Below are positions 16,701 through 25,390 of a DNA stretch of 64,000 bases, piece after piece. Origin of the DNA: a virus (taxonomy: Duplodnaviria > Caudoviricetes). The notes below the pieces were generated by a model. That model did not search any database. It was not told the DNA's origin and saw only the letters and a list, made by a program, of their open reading frames with translations. Position 1 is the first letter of the stretch. Each line of letters starts with the position of its first letter. A program made the position numbers and the translations under genes. The stretch is taken from the IMG/VR virus record IMGVR_UViG_3300043391_000370, positions 1-64,000 of that record. One strand, 5' to 3'.

Positions 16701-19586
16701 TCTTGGGGAATTATTAGAATCCACAAAAGTGGGATAGTAAGTTATGGTTCCAGTAGTAGTTCCTGTAGATACTTGAGACGCACTATCGGCATTACCGGTA
16801 ACAGCACCTACAAATTCATTGGCATATACTTTATTCCACCCAAGACTTAATGTACCCAAATCATATGTGTTTGTTGCAGAAGGAGTTACATTACCGGCAA
16901 CCTGAAGTTTTGATGTTGGATTTGTAGTTCCTATACCAAGATTACCAGAAATATAAGCACTACTTTGAACTTGAAGTTGTTGATTTGTGGTTCCTGTTGG
17001 AAATAAAGCACCAGCACCATCACCAATTATAAATTCACCAATAGTAGTAATTCCAACATATACTCTACCATTAGCACCTGCTGTCGAATTATCTTCTCTG
17101 AAAATTCTAAACAAATTGGTAGTAACACCAACAGAATAATTATCAATATTCCAACGAATAGGAGTTTCAGTTTTTCCTCTTAAAACAAACTGCCCACCTT
17201 CACCAATAGTATCATATAATGATTCTATAGCACCATATACGGATAATTTTTCTGATGGATTTGTGGTTCCAATTCCCAATGAATCCGTAGAAGGATTCCA
17301 TACCAATAAGTCATCAGTTCTTACAGTTGATAATCCAGCAGTAATATCAACGAATGGAATATATCTATTTGTATTAGTAGTATCTAAAGAAACTGCAACA
17401 GAAGATGCATATCCAATAATATTACCATTGAAAGTATTGGCATAGATATTATTCCATTTCTGAGATAAACTTCCAATATCTTGAGTTCCATTGGTAGAAG
17501 GTGTAATTCCAGTACCAACTCTAGAAGTAAAACTTACAGTATCAGTAGTGGCATCACCAAAAGTAACATTACCATTAAATGTTGTTATTCCAGTTATAAT
17601 AAGATTGTCATCAATTGTTGTTGTGCCACCAGCAGAATCAATTGTTAGGTTACCTGTAAAAGTATCAATTTCATTATCACCAGAAATTCCAATTTGGATA
17701 TTATCAATATTTGCCCCACCATTAGCATCAATAACTCCAGTAAAGGTACTAAATCCAGTAACTTGAAGATCTCTGGTTGTAGTTAATCCAGAAACTCCAA
17801 GATCCTTAATGGTTGCAATACCAGTGACCTGAAAATCTTTGGTTTTTAGAAACTCTGTGAACTCTGCTCTTCTACCACTAATTTCATCATAAAAAACATC
17901 ATCTTTAACATATAAATCACCACCAACATATAAGTCACCACCAGTAGTGGTAATTCCACCATTAGATGCTAATGTTGTGATTCCAGCAATATTTAATTGT
18001 CCACCAACATTTAGATTTTTCTCAATTCCGACACCACCATTTACTATAAGAGCACCAGTATCTTTATCATCGGATTGTGTTGTGTCATTTACATAGACGG
18101 CATCATTTATTTGAGTCGTTCCTAACTGAGAATCTAAAATAAGATTTCCAATAGTTGTACTAATCGTATCTACAGAAAGTTTAATATTATCAAATGTACC
18201 AACACCAGTAACATTCAAATCATTAATGGTTGCAATTCCAGTGACTCTCAAATCTCTGGTGCTTGTAAAACCGGCAACATTTAATTTATTAGTAGTGGTT
18301 ACTCCAATAACATCTAGATTTGTAGTAGTAGTGAGTCCAGTAACACCTAATGTTTTTATGGTTGCTATACCAGTTACATTTAAATTAATTAAATTTGTTC
18401 TCTCAATATTAATATCACCAACTGTTAAAATACCAATATATCCATATTGTGAGGTAATAAAACCAACGGTGGCAATTCCAGATACAACAAGATTTCCATT
18501 AACCGTTGCTGTTGATGAGGTTAAAGAAATAATATTATTATAAGTTCCACCAGAATTTTTAGCATTTAATGAAATTGTGCCCCCAATAGAAGAATTAAAA
18601 ATTCCAAAGATGCTATCCGTTCCACCATTTACAATAATATCTCCACCAACATCTGTAGTATTAGTAATATAAAGATTGTTACCTAGTGTGGTAACACCAG
18701 TAACTATAAGACCATTGGTTGTAGTAATACCAGTAACACCTAAAGTTGCTATGGTAGATACACCAGTGACTCTTAAGTTATCAATCTCTGTCTGACCCTT
18801 AAATCTAGAATACCCAAGAACATCTAAAAGATATGCTGGTTGAGTACTACCAATACCAATACGACTATTAACTGGATCGAATACAAAATTAGAAGCACCA
18901 TCAACTAAACCAGCAGAATTATTATACTGTATATTTGTATATGTTCCACCGGCACCTGCTCTAATCGTGCTCTGATTTACCCAAAGTAATCCACCTAAAC
19001 TATTTTTAACTAATAATTCTCCATTGTTTCCGGATTGATTATTATAATCATAGATTGTACCTCTTAAACGAAGATCACCAGTTAGGTCAAGTTCTTGTGT
19101 TGGGAGTGTTGTTCCTATCCCAACATAGTTTGTAGAATTATCATAAAAGAGTCCCGATGCTCCCTTAAAATCATTATTATTATTGAATATAACTTGCCCC
19201 TGAGTACCTGGAGAAAATACTGTAATCGTAACTCCAGTTCCTGGAGATCCATCAGGATTTAAGTAACCTTTTGCAGTAATTGCGGAACCAACAAAGTTAA
19301 GTTGAGTAATGCTACTTACTCCACCTGCTGGGGTGATTAATCCTTCATCATATATTGAAATAGCTCCAGGAATTAATCCCCCACCAACAGGAACCCAATA
19401 TCTTTGTCCAGGAAATCCAATAATTGATACTGATTGGTATTGTTGTCCAACAGGAAGTATGGCACCAGGAAGAACTGGATCACCAAGATTTGGTTCTGCC
19501 TGATTTACTGCAAGATATTGATACCTATCTGAAGTAAGTCCAGATTGTGCTATTCTTTTAGATCTTCCGCTTAGATACTTTGCCAT
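13731..19586 (-). CDS. Giant tail-fibre protein (1951 aa) with C-terminal collagen-like GPP repeats
   Basis: Conserved cyanophage N-terminus MAKYLSGR...DRYQYL...AEPNLGDP; VGIGT modules; GPPGPSVT repeats. Confidence 0.85.
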   Translation of the reverse strand: MAKYLSGRSKRIAQSGLTSDRYQYLAVNQAEPNLGDPVLPGAILPVGQQYQSVSIIGFPGQRYWVPVGGGLIPGAISIYDEGLITPAGGVSSITQLNFVGSAITAKGYLNPDGSPGTGVTITVFSPGTQGQVIFNNNNDFKGASGLFYDNSTNYVGIGTTLPTQELDLTGDLRLRGTIYDYNNQSGNNGELLVKNSLGGLLWVNQSTIRAGAGGTYTNIQYNNSAGLVDGASNFVFDPVNSRIGIGSTQPAYLLDVLGYSRFKGQTEIDNLRVTGVSTIATLGVTGITTTNGLIVTGVTTLGNNLYITNTTDVGGDIIVNGGTDSIFGIFNSSIGGTISLNAKNSGGTYNNIISLTSSTATVNGNLVVSGIATVGFITSQYGYIGILTVGDINIERTNLINLNVTGIATIKTLGVTGLTTTTNLDVIGVTTTNKLNVAGFTSTRDLRVTGIATINDLNVTGVGTFDNIKLSVDTISTTIGNLILDSQLGTTQINDAVYVNDTTQSDDKDTGALIVNGGVGIEKNLNVGGQLNIAGITTLASNGGITTTGGDLYVGGDLYVKDDVFYDEISGRRAEFTEFLKTKDFQVTGIATIKDLGVSGLTTTRDLQVTGFSTFTGVIDANGGANIDNIQIGISGDNEIDTFTGNLTIDSAGGTTTIDDNLIITGITTFNGNVTFGDATTDTVSFTSRVGTGITPSTNGTQDIGSLSQKWNNIYANTFNGNIIGYASSVAVSLDTTNTNRYIPFVDITAGLSTVRTDDLLVWNPSTDSLGIGTTNPSEKLSVYGAIESLYDTIGEGGQFVLRGKTETPIRWNIDNYSVGVTTNLFRIFREDNSTAGANGRVYVGITTIGEFIIGDGAGALFPTGTTNQQLQVQSSAYISGNLGIGTTNPTSKLQVAGNVTPSATNTYDLGTLSLGWNKVYANEFVGAVTGNADSASQVSTGTTTGTITYYPTFVDSNNSPRGNEFLYTDAGITYNPSTDLLTAGNLGVSGLTTTRDLQVTGFSTFTGVIDANGGAYIDNIQIGITDNNEIDTTSGNLTIDSFGGTTTIDDQLIVIGVTTASYFVTNVGGSQVIVGSDGNIELYRAGDTGGYIDFKRTIAQDYDVRLDNFTAGALTISGNLLPSTNSSSGIDANGKDLGGTLKYWRKVYANEFVGAVTGNANTAFYADNAGIATYATNAGIATYATKAGIATYADNAGISTNLKGGDIGNIPYQSSPSNTTFLANGGSGTILKSNGVGNVPSWVDVTTGFNVASADKATILSPRTTSPYTTIDTQGSYIHWNRTNGDGATWLINQRGAGAGGFYFADSTLSASNVTGGTVGLTTTLRVDASGNVTPKGDFIGRLTNTMLTGTSTTELIRGNMANNDFFRILVGGTATDEGFVEIATSDNATEPIYVRQYTGEFSTLQRTASLLDNAGDTRFPGTVYAAAFNGPFTSNLNVTGISTFDSTVRFKDNIELDATKTMFFGKEESFGGTDTGGADYGYIIWDNDNDTYRITDSGENGCLRIGTENDGEGGVSDNMALEPKASLYLNPGGDLYKGNASNRQSIWYGSGTTGNISTNSVTLSESLRANVNINGGGTITANASGYIKWDTRFIVISNGNGTNFSTDGHFSISCPLSGTITGVGGAGNVTATSDGIPLSAWQALYYILPLGSPSTSLADNFRVASYTSNLDIPYNWVLICIRNGDDGKYYFPSRGTMALGTSAGTGVVGGITIKEETTVVGTPGAINTIAFVGDGVTATASGNETTITFVQQVGPPGPSVTGPPGPSVTGPPGPSVTGPPGPPGPSVTGPPGPPGPSVTGPPGPPGPSVTGPPGPPGPSVTGPPGPSVTGPPGPPGPSVTGPPGPPGPSVTGPPGPSVTGPPGPPGPSVTGPPGTPSTVPGPPGPSVTGPPGITNITVTQTGYTGTNPITTSGATISIASNSNSYGTRYIQTYTPTTEGYDGDVWYQIT
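13906..14321. repeat. Coding tandem array of 24-bp and 33-bp units (GPPGPSVT / GPPGPPGPSVT, 13 PSVT units)
   Basis: Read directly from the DNA (GGACCAGGAGGACCAGTAACACT) and the translation. Confidence 0.95.
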
Positions 19587-19589
19587 ATC

Positions 19590-20249
19590 TTATACTAAAC
19601 TATTTTCCAAGATGCTACAAATAAACTCCATTTGTAATGGTGCAACTAATCCACCACTCACATAACTATGTGTAATTCCAGCACCTACACCAGAATTAGT
19701 CACAAATGTCTTTGAAGTTCCTACATCACCAATAATGGAAGTTATAGTAAAAGATGCTTGTGGTGATGGAAAAATAGTCGTTGTGATTCCAGTTGATCCG
19801 GTGCAAATAAAATTAAGTCCACTCATTGTGACTTGATCATTTGCAACAAAATTATGAGCAGTTGAGGTTGTAATAGTAGTGATTCCTGTATAAGTATCAT
19901 ATACACAAGTACTAATAGAAACAGTACCTGATTGAGTTCCTCGTATTACAATGGAATCGGAAATAAGTGCCGTTCTTTCTAGTACCAATCTACCATCAAT
20001 TATGATTAAACTATCATTTGGTGGAATTTGAGACTCTTTAATGATTCTAATATCTCTAGTATTTGCTGTTTTATTTGTCTTTCTTCTATGCGTAAATGTA
20101 ATTGATGGATATGTATTGACTCCAACATTCGATACTTGTGCATAAAGAATAATTGAAGATACTCCAGTTGGGGTGGAGTAGACTGTTTGCTCTCCCGGTG
20201 CAACCGGAACTGCAATTGTTAGAAACTTATTAACTGGTGCAACTGCCAT
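19590..20249 (-). CDS. Virion structural protein (conserved in cyanophage fibre operons)
   Basis: MAVAPVNKF...YAQVSN N-terminus; position within the structural operon. Confidence 0.7.
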   Translation of the reverse strand: MAVAPVNKFLTIAVPVAPGEQTVYSTPTGVSSIILYAQVSNVGVNTYPSITFTHRRKTNKTANTRDIRIIKESQIPPNDSLIIIDGRLVLERTALISDSIVIRGTQSGTVSISTCVYDTYTGITTITTSTAHNFVANDQVTMSGLNFICTGSTGITTTIFPSPQASFTITSIIGDVGTSKTFVTNSGVGAGITHSYVSGGLVAPLQMEFICSILENSLV

Positions 20250-20253
20250 TTTT

Positions 20254-23200
20254 TTATCTCAATGCAAGAATTAAAGGTGTAACTTGTGCCTGTATTGCTT
20301 TACTAAAATCTCTACCAGTAATTGTTGATGTTGTTTGATCCACTTGAATACCTTCACCAATGTTAAAGTTTCCTTTTTGATCTGTACTTGTATAGGGTAT
20401 TTGGGCACCATCAAGAGCAACAATTTCATTTTCTTTGATGGGTACAGCACCCTTCAAAGGAGTTGAAGTATTTATATCGGTTCCAGTGCCAATATATTCA
20501 AAAGAATGTCCACTTGTGAGAATACGACTAATTCTTCTCATTTCAATCGCATCATTGGCATAAACAAGATAAGGGACAAATTCATTCAATGTTACTGTCG
20601 TTACAGTACTAATTCCACTTAATGTTTTCGGTAATGTTGCCTCAGAAACTGTATAATAAATCGGTTCCATAACCGCAGTCAAATTATTTGTTGGAACTCC
20701 ATTAATCCTAACTTTCATATTTTGAGAAGAAAGATAATTTCTTCCACTATTGATTAGATCAACAGAAGTAATTTCTCCAGCATCATTAATTGTTGGAGAA
20801 ACTTCGGCAATAATTCCTTCTGGACCTAATGGAGTTGTATTATTTGTATTAAAATCGTAGATAGTAATATCGGGTGGTGACCCAGCACTATATCCAGAAA
20901 GAGTAGTACCTATTCCAATACTCTTCAATCTTTGCATTGGTGCAGTAATAATTCCAGTTTGTCCGGTATTATAATTTGAAAGATTGATCTTAAACCATAG
21001 TGCCTGACCATCATAAGGTCTTCTTATTTGAGTTCCGTCAGTTACATTTTTGAAGGTAATTATATCTGCTTCTGCAGTTGTGGTTGTGCTGACAATTCCA
21101 GTAAATTCTGTTCTACCCAGACCAACTGCATAAAGTCCAAAATTACCAAAAGATGAATTAGAGTTTGTAAGGTCACACTGCCCACCACTATCCACATAAA
21201 TTGCCTTATCACAGTTAATGGTAAAGATAGAAACCAACTGAGCATATCCACCGTTTGTAATAGAGACACCAATACCTGCCTCATTATATTGCGTAAATGA
21301 GTCACAAACCATACACTTAAGGTCTGCACCAATAATATTAGTACCAGTAAAATTGGCACTTGCATGATCTCCATTAATCTTCATACCAATACTTAATGGC
21401 ATAAAGTTGGTACAGTTTCTTACATATGGAGATCTCCATCTTCCACTTGCACCTTCATTTGCAGGTCCTGGTGCAGTATATCCAGTCACTGCACCATAAG
21501 ATTTTCCTGCCACAATATCAGCAGTTATTGGTGGGAACGCAAGTGCTCCTCCACCAGGATTTGTTCGTCCAGTATCACATGAAAAGTTCATATTTTCAAT
21601 CAGACATCCTCGTCTTACGTGAAAAATATCTTTACCAGTATTTTGAGGGACAACGGTAACAAGTCTCAAATCTTGTCCAGATACACCAACATCGGTTCTC
21701 AATCCAATAGGATTATTCTCATAATAAACTCCTGGACGAACCATAATAGTATCTCCAGATTGAGCAATTGCTGCCGCAGCACCAATTGTAAGTTTGGCAT
21801 CCCCTTCGGTATTTCCACCATTATCATCATTACCATACTTGGAAACCCAAATTAGATTTCTAGAATCTGCTCCTGCTGGTGCCCAAATAATCTTTCCGTC
21901 AGGATTATTAACTGGTACTGCATTTGGACCATTACTAATAATTGTAGTTACAATACCAGCACAAGTATAAATTGCAGATACTACATTAGAACAACCATTG
22001 GGATTGGCATTTCCCCCAACATTTGTATCATCTTGAAGAGTTAAGTCCTTTATTTGACGAATGCTACTTACACCACTTTGATATGATTTTAGTAGTGGTG
22101 CATTATTAATTACATATCTTGCAACAGTTGCAGCAGCACCAATCGCAGCAATAGAAGCAGCTTTAACATTAAGATCATTAATATAAAGTAAGGTATTTCC
22201 ACTATAATATGATCGACCAGCACCTACAGACTGAACATTACCACCTTTTGTAATGTCAACAGTAATTGCCTTTAGAATATCTTTAATATCATCCTTACAT
22301 GAAGTATAATCTCCTGAAGTTAATGTAAATGCCGGACTTTTATAATCAGTACTGGTAATATATCCAACTGCCTCATTTGCAATGAAATCAAGATTCAAAC
22401 GAATCATATTTGCGGCATCAAAGAATCTACCACCAATGATTTCTCCAGAATCATCTACACTGACTTGTGTTAGTACTGATCTTGGAGTTTGATAGAAATT
22501 AGTATCGTACCCAACTTTATTATTTTTATCAATTATTGCTTTTCTAAATTTAACATCCTTTGCCAAATCAATATCAAACTCTGGATTGTAGGTCCCTATA
22601 CCTACAGAACCAATCCCTGTAGTGGTAATAACTGTTCCAGCAATTCCAACTTTAAGAGTTGAATTTAAATTAGTTGCTCCACCAACATTTAAGTTCTCTT
22701 CAATTCCAACACCACCTTCTACTATAAGTGCCCCAGTATCTTTAGTTGTAGAAGAAGTTGTAGAAAATACCTTAGCAACTCCACCAACATTTAAGTTCTC
22801 TTCAATTCCAACACCACCTTCTACTATAAGTGCCCCAGTATCTTTAGTTGTAGAAGAAGTTGTAGAAAATACCTTAGCAACTCCACCAACATTTAAGTTC
22901 TCTTCAATTCCAACACCACCATTTGTTATTACTAATGCACCATTATCCTTCGTAGTTGATGATGTAGAACTGGTAAAAGTAACATTTCCATCTACATTTA
23001 ACGTCCCTGTAACACCTTCATTTCCACCAATATAAGTATTTCCTTCAACACCCAGTCCACCATTTGCAATGACAACTGCTCCAGTATCTTTATTTGTCGA
23101 TTGTATACTTGAATTAAAAGTCGAAAGTCCGTCAATATCTAAAGTTGACTCAAATTTAACTCCTTGTGTAGCACGAAAAGTTCCAGTAATATCTAATTTA

Positions 23201-23544
23201 TATGTTGGATTTGTAAGTCCTACCCCAACTTTTCCAGTAGAAGTAACTACGAGATCAGATCCAGTGGCACCAACTTGAAAATTTTCAAAAACTACAGATG
23301 TTCTAATACCAACATTAGTAAGTCTATATACTGCCGCACTTTGTCCCGTACCAGTAAATCCCCACAAATCTTGTGTTTGAATGTCAGCAATCCAATTAGG
23401 ATTACTTGGGTTTACGACTGGTATACAAGTATCTGTTCCAATACCAAGACTGTTTATTTGTTTAAAATTAATAGCACCAAATACCTGTGCTAGGTCATTT
23501 GTTGGAATAAATACACCTTGGTCTTGAACATAAAATCTTGTCAT
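20254..23544 (-). CDS. Tailspike-like structural protein (1096 aa), paralog of 5362..11337
   Basis: WVSKYGNDDNGG...AKLTI...GDTIMVRPGVYYE; shares TNSNSxFG and SGHxFEYxG motifs with the 1991-aa protein. Confidence 0.8.
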   Translation of the reverse strand: MTRFYVQDQGVFIPTNDLAQVFGAINFKQINSLGIGTDTCIPVVNPSNPNWIADIQTQDLWGFTGTGQSAAVYRLTNVGIRTSVVFENFQVGATGSDLVVTSTGKVGVGLTNPTYKLDITGTFRATQGVKFESTLDIDGLSTFNSSIQSTNKDTGAVVIANGGLGVEGNTYIGGNEGVTGTLNVDGNVTFTSSTSSTTKDNGALVITNGGVGIEENLNVGGVAKVFSTTSSTTKDTGALIVEGGVGIEENLNVGGVAKVFSTTSSTTKDTGALIVEGGVGIEENLNVGGATNLNSTLKVGIAGTVITTTGIGSVGIGTYNPEFDIDLAKDVKFRKAIIDKNNKVGYDTNFYQTPRSVLTQVSVDDSGEIIGGRFFDAANMIRLNLDFIANEAVGYITSTDYKSPAFTLTSGDYTSCKDDIKDILKAITVDITKGGNVQSVGAGRSYYSGNTLLYINDLNVKAASIAAIGAAATVARYVINNAPLLKSYQSGVSSIRQIKDLTLQDDTNVGGNANPNGCSNVVSAIYTCAGIVTTIISNGPNAVPVNNPDGKIIWAPAGADSRNLIWVSKYGNDDNGGNTEGDAKLTIGAAAAIAQSGDTIMVRPGVYYENNPIGLRTDVGVSGQDLRLVTVVPQNTGKDIFHVRRGCLIENMNFSCDTGRTNPGGGALAFPPITADIVAGKSYGAVTGYTAPGPANEGASGRWRSPYVRNCTNFMPLSIGMKINGDHASANFTGTNIIGADLKCMVCDSFTQYNEAGIGVSITNGGYAQLVSIFTINCDKAIYVDSGGQCDLTNSNSSFGNFGLYAVGLGRTEFTGIVSTTTTAEADIITFKNVTDGTQIRRPYDGQALWFKINLSNYNTGQTGIITAPMQRLKSIGIGTTLSGYSAGSPPDITIYDFNTNNTTPLGPEGIIAEVSPTINDAGEITSVDLINSGRNYLSSQNMKVRINGVPTNNLTAVMEPIYYTVSEATLPKTLSGISTVTTVTLNEFVPYLVYANDAIEMRRISRILTSGHSFEYIGTGTDINTSTPLKGAVPIKENEIVALDGAQIPYTSTDQKGNFNIGEGIQVDQTTSTITGRDFSKAIQAQVTPLILALR
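22677..22920. repeat. Perfect 102-bp tandem duplication (~2.4 copies, 34-aa unit)
   Basis: Identical copies with period 102 (units start at 22679, 22781, 22883). Confidence 0.95.
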
Positions 23545-23565
23545 TTTATTTTCTTGTGTTAAAAA

Positions 23566-23573
23566 TATTTATA
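23566..23573 (-). promoter_or_regulatory. T4-type late promoter TATAAATA
   Basis: Exact consensus, ending 22 nt upstream of the ATG at 23544. Confidence 0.75.
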
Positions 23574-23583
23574 GATCATAATA

Positions 23584-24117
23584 TTAAGAATAGAGTGGCA
23601 CACCTTCATCTAGAATGAACATTCCCTCAGTAGTGCCAATTCCTGGACCTCCTGGTACAGGTTCTATAACTATAGGAATCCATCTAATTCCTCTATCATC
23701 CATTGCCAAATAATATCCATTTTCTCCAGGAGAGTTTACTGAGTCGTAAATATACTGATCAATTTTAACACTTCCGGCCACATCAAGTCTTTGTTGTGGT
23801 TCTGTGCTTCCAATACCAACTTTATTACTAACTAAGGCTGTTCCAGTTACATCAAGTTGTTTTTGTGGGTTGACATTACCAATACCAACTTTATCACTAA
23901 CTATTGCTATTCCAACTACATCAAGTGCTTGCCTTGCTGTAGTAGTAGTTCCTATTCCAGCTTTATTACTAACTATTAAATTATCAGAAAGTAAATTGAT
24001 TAAATCTTCTGGTATCTTGTAAGTAGTACCAAACTCCGGATCCGGATCAGTTACAAACTCTATTTCGTCGGAAACAAAATATTTTTTAGCGTAAGTGAAA
24101 GTACTAAATGCCGACAT
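23584..24117 (-). CDS. Structural protein with VGIG repeats
   Basis: Three KVGIG...QxLDVxG units; operon context. Confidence 0.7.
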   Translation of the reverse strand: MSAFSTFTYAKKYFVSDEIEFVTDPDPEFGTTYKIPEDLINLLSDNLIVSNKAGIGTTTTARQALDVVGIAIVSDKVGIGNVNPQKQLDVTGTALVSNKVGIGSTEPQQRLDVAGSVKIDQYIYDSVNSPGENGYYLAMDDRGIRWIPIVIEPVPGGPGIGTTEGMFILDEGVPLYS

Positions 24118-24120
24118 GTT

Positions 24121-24831
24121 TTAGATTACCTTTTTATCATAGTGATACCCAGCTATCGACCTTTCAGAATTATCACCAGGATAATCTTCTATATCACCCT
24201 CATATTCTACTATTAATTTTTCAGTATCTATTCTTTCTCCGTATACGTGGTAAAAGCAATGTATATTACTCGTATGATTAGATTCTAATACGATTTCAGT
24301 ACTATCAAATTTTTTTACAATAATATCTTGATGAAATTCAATTGGAGTAATTGAAACAGTAATAGTATTAGGATCTACAAGTTTTTTCCAATATTCTGGA
24401 AGTTCAATTACATTTTTATTTATTAATTTACCTCGAATATATACCGCCGCTTCTGGACCTTCAACACAACTATGAGTTAGTCTCCAACCATCTTTTGTTG
24501 GGTGGGGAATATCAAAGTTTTTCTTTGTCGAAAGTCTGTGCTTCCCATTATTGGAATAGACTTCTCCCTTTGCCTTAATATTTTTTTCTACATTTACATT
24601 CTTTTTTACATTTATATTTCCTTCTACATTTACGTCTTTATCTACATTTACATTCTTTTTAACATTTACATTGCCGTCTGTATTAATATTAGGTGTAGAA
24701 GGTTCTTCAGGATTTTTGATTACATTTAGATCTCCATAAAGATTGGAGTTATTAAAACCTTCTATGCCTGCCCAAAAAATTGGAGGTTCATTAAAATTTA
24801 TTTGATTACTTAAGTAGGTTTTATCTGCCAT
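24121..24831 (-). CDS. Baseplate/tail-associated protein with NVNV repeats and C-terminal KxFDIPHP...GPE domain
   Basis: KKNVNV repeats; KNFDIPHPTKDGWRLTHSCVEGPEAAVYIRG motif common in cyanophage gp5-adjacent genes. Confidence 0.65.
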   Translation of the reverse strand: MADKTYLSNQINFNEPPIFWAGIEGFNNSNLYGDLNVIKNPEEPSTPNINTDGNVNVKKNVNVDKDVNVEGNINVKKNVNVEKNIKAKGEVYSNNGKHRLSTKKNFDIPHPTKDGWRLTHSCVEGPEAAVYIRGKLINKNVIELPEYWKKLVDPNTITVSITPIEFHQDIIVKKFDSTEIVLESNHTSNIHCFYHVYGERIDTEKLIVEYEGDIEDYPGDNSERSIAGYHYDKKVI

Positions 24832-24833
24832 TT

Positions 24834-25388
24834 TTATTTAATAAATTTATTAGTATCACCGGCATTAAAACTATTTTGCACAATATCATCACCTGCTGGA
24901 GAACCTGGAGGGAATATTCTTTCCCCAGAAGAGGTTCCTTTTGGAGCAAGATTTCCCGTTTTTGCAACACAATCTGCCTGATTTGCCTGAACTACAAATC
25001 GAGAACCTGCCTTAATATTAACATTTCTTCCTGCACTTAGATTAATGTTTTCATCAGCATCAATAATAACATTTTTTGCTCTGATTCTTACATTACCATT
25101 TCTTTCTGCCGTAATCGTTACATCTCCATTTTTACCAGCAATAACAATATCTACACCACCTGTATTATTCTGTCCTGCAATTATTTCTATTGATCGATCA
25201 TTATAAAGTTTAAACATCCCATTGGCGTTACTTAGTCCAAATACATTCGTATCTTTATTGTCGGTAACTCCATAAAAACTATAAATGTCAGTACCATCCA
25301 AACCTACCTGCTGATTCCTAATATCTAATCCAAAGTTAGGTCCTAGTTTCCAGTAACTTCTTTTTTGCCAGTCTGTTTCTTTAGTCAT
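24834..25388 (-). CDS. gp5 C-terminal-like spike protein
   Basis: Beta-strand repeats (GDVTITAERNGNVRIRAKNVIIDADENINLSAGRNVNIKAG), directly downstream of gp5. Confidence 0.6.
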   Translation of the reverse strand: MTKETDWQKRSYWKLGPNFGLDIRNQQVGLDGTDIYSFYGVTDNKDTNVFGLSNANGMFKLYNDRSIEIIAGQNNTGGVDIVIAGKNGDVTITAERNGNVRIRAKNVIIDADENINLSAGRNVNIKAGSRFVVQANQADCVAKTGNLAPKGTSSGERIFPPGSPAGDDIVQNSFNAGDTNKFIK

Positions 25389-25390
25389 TT

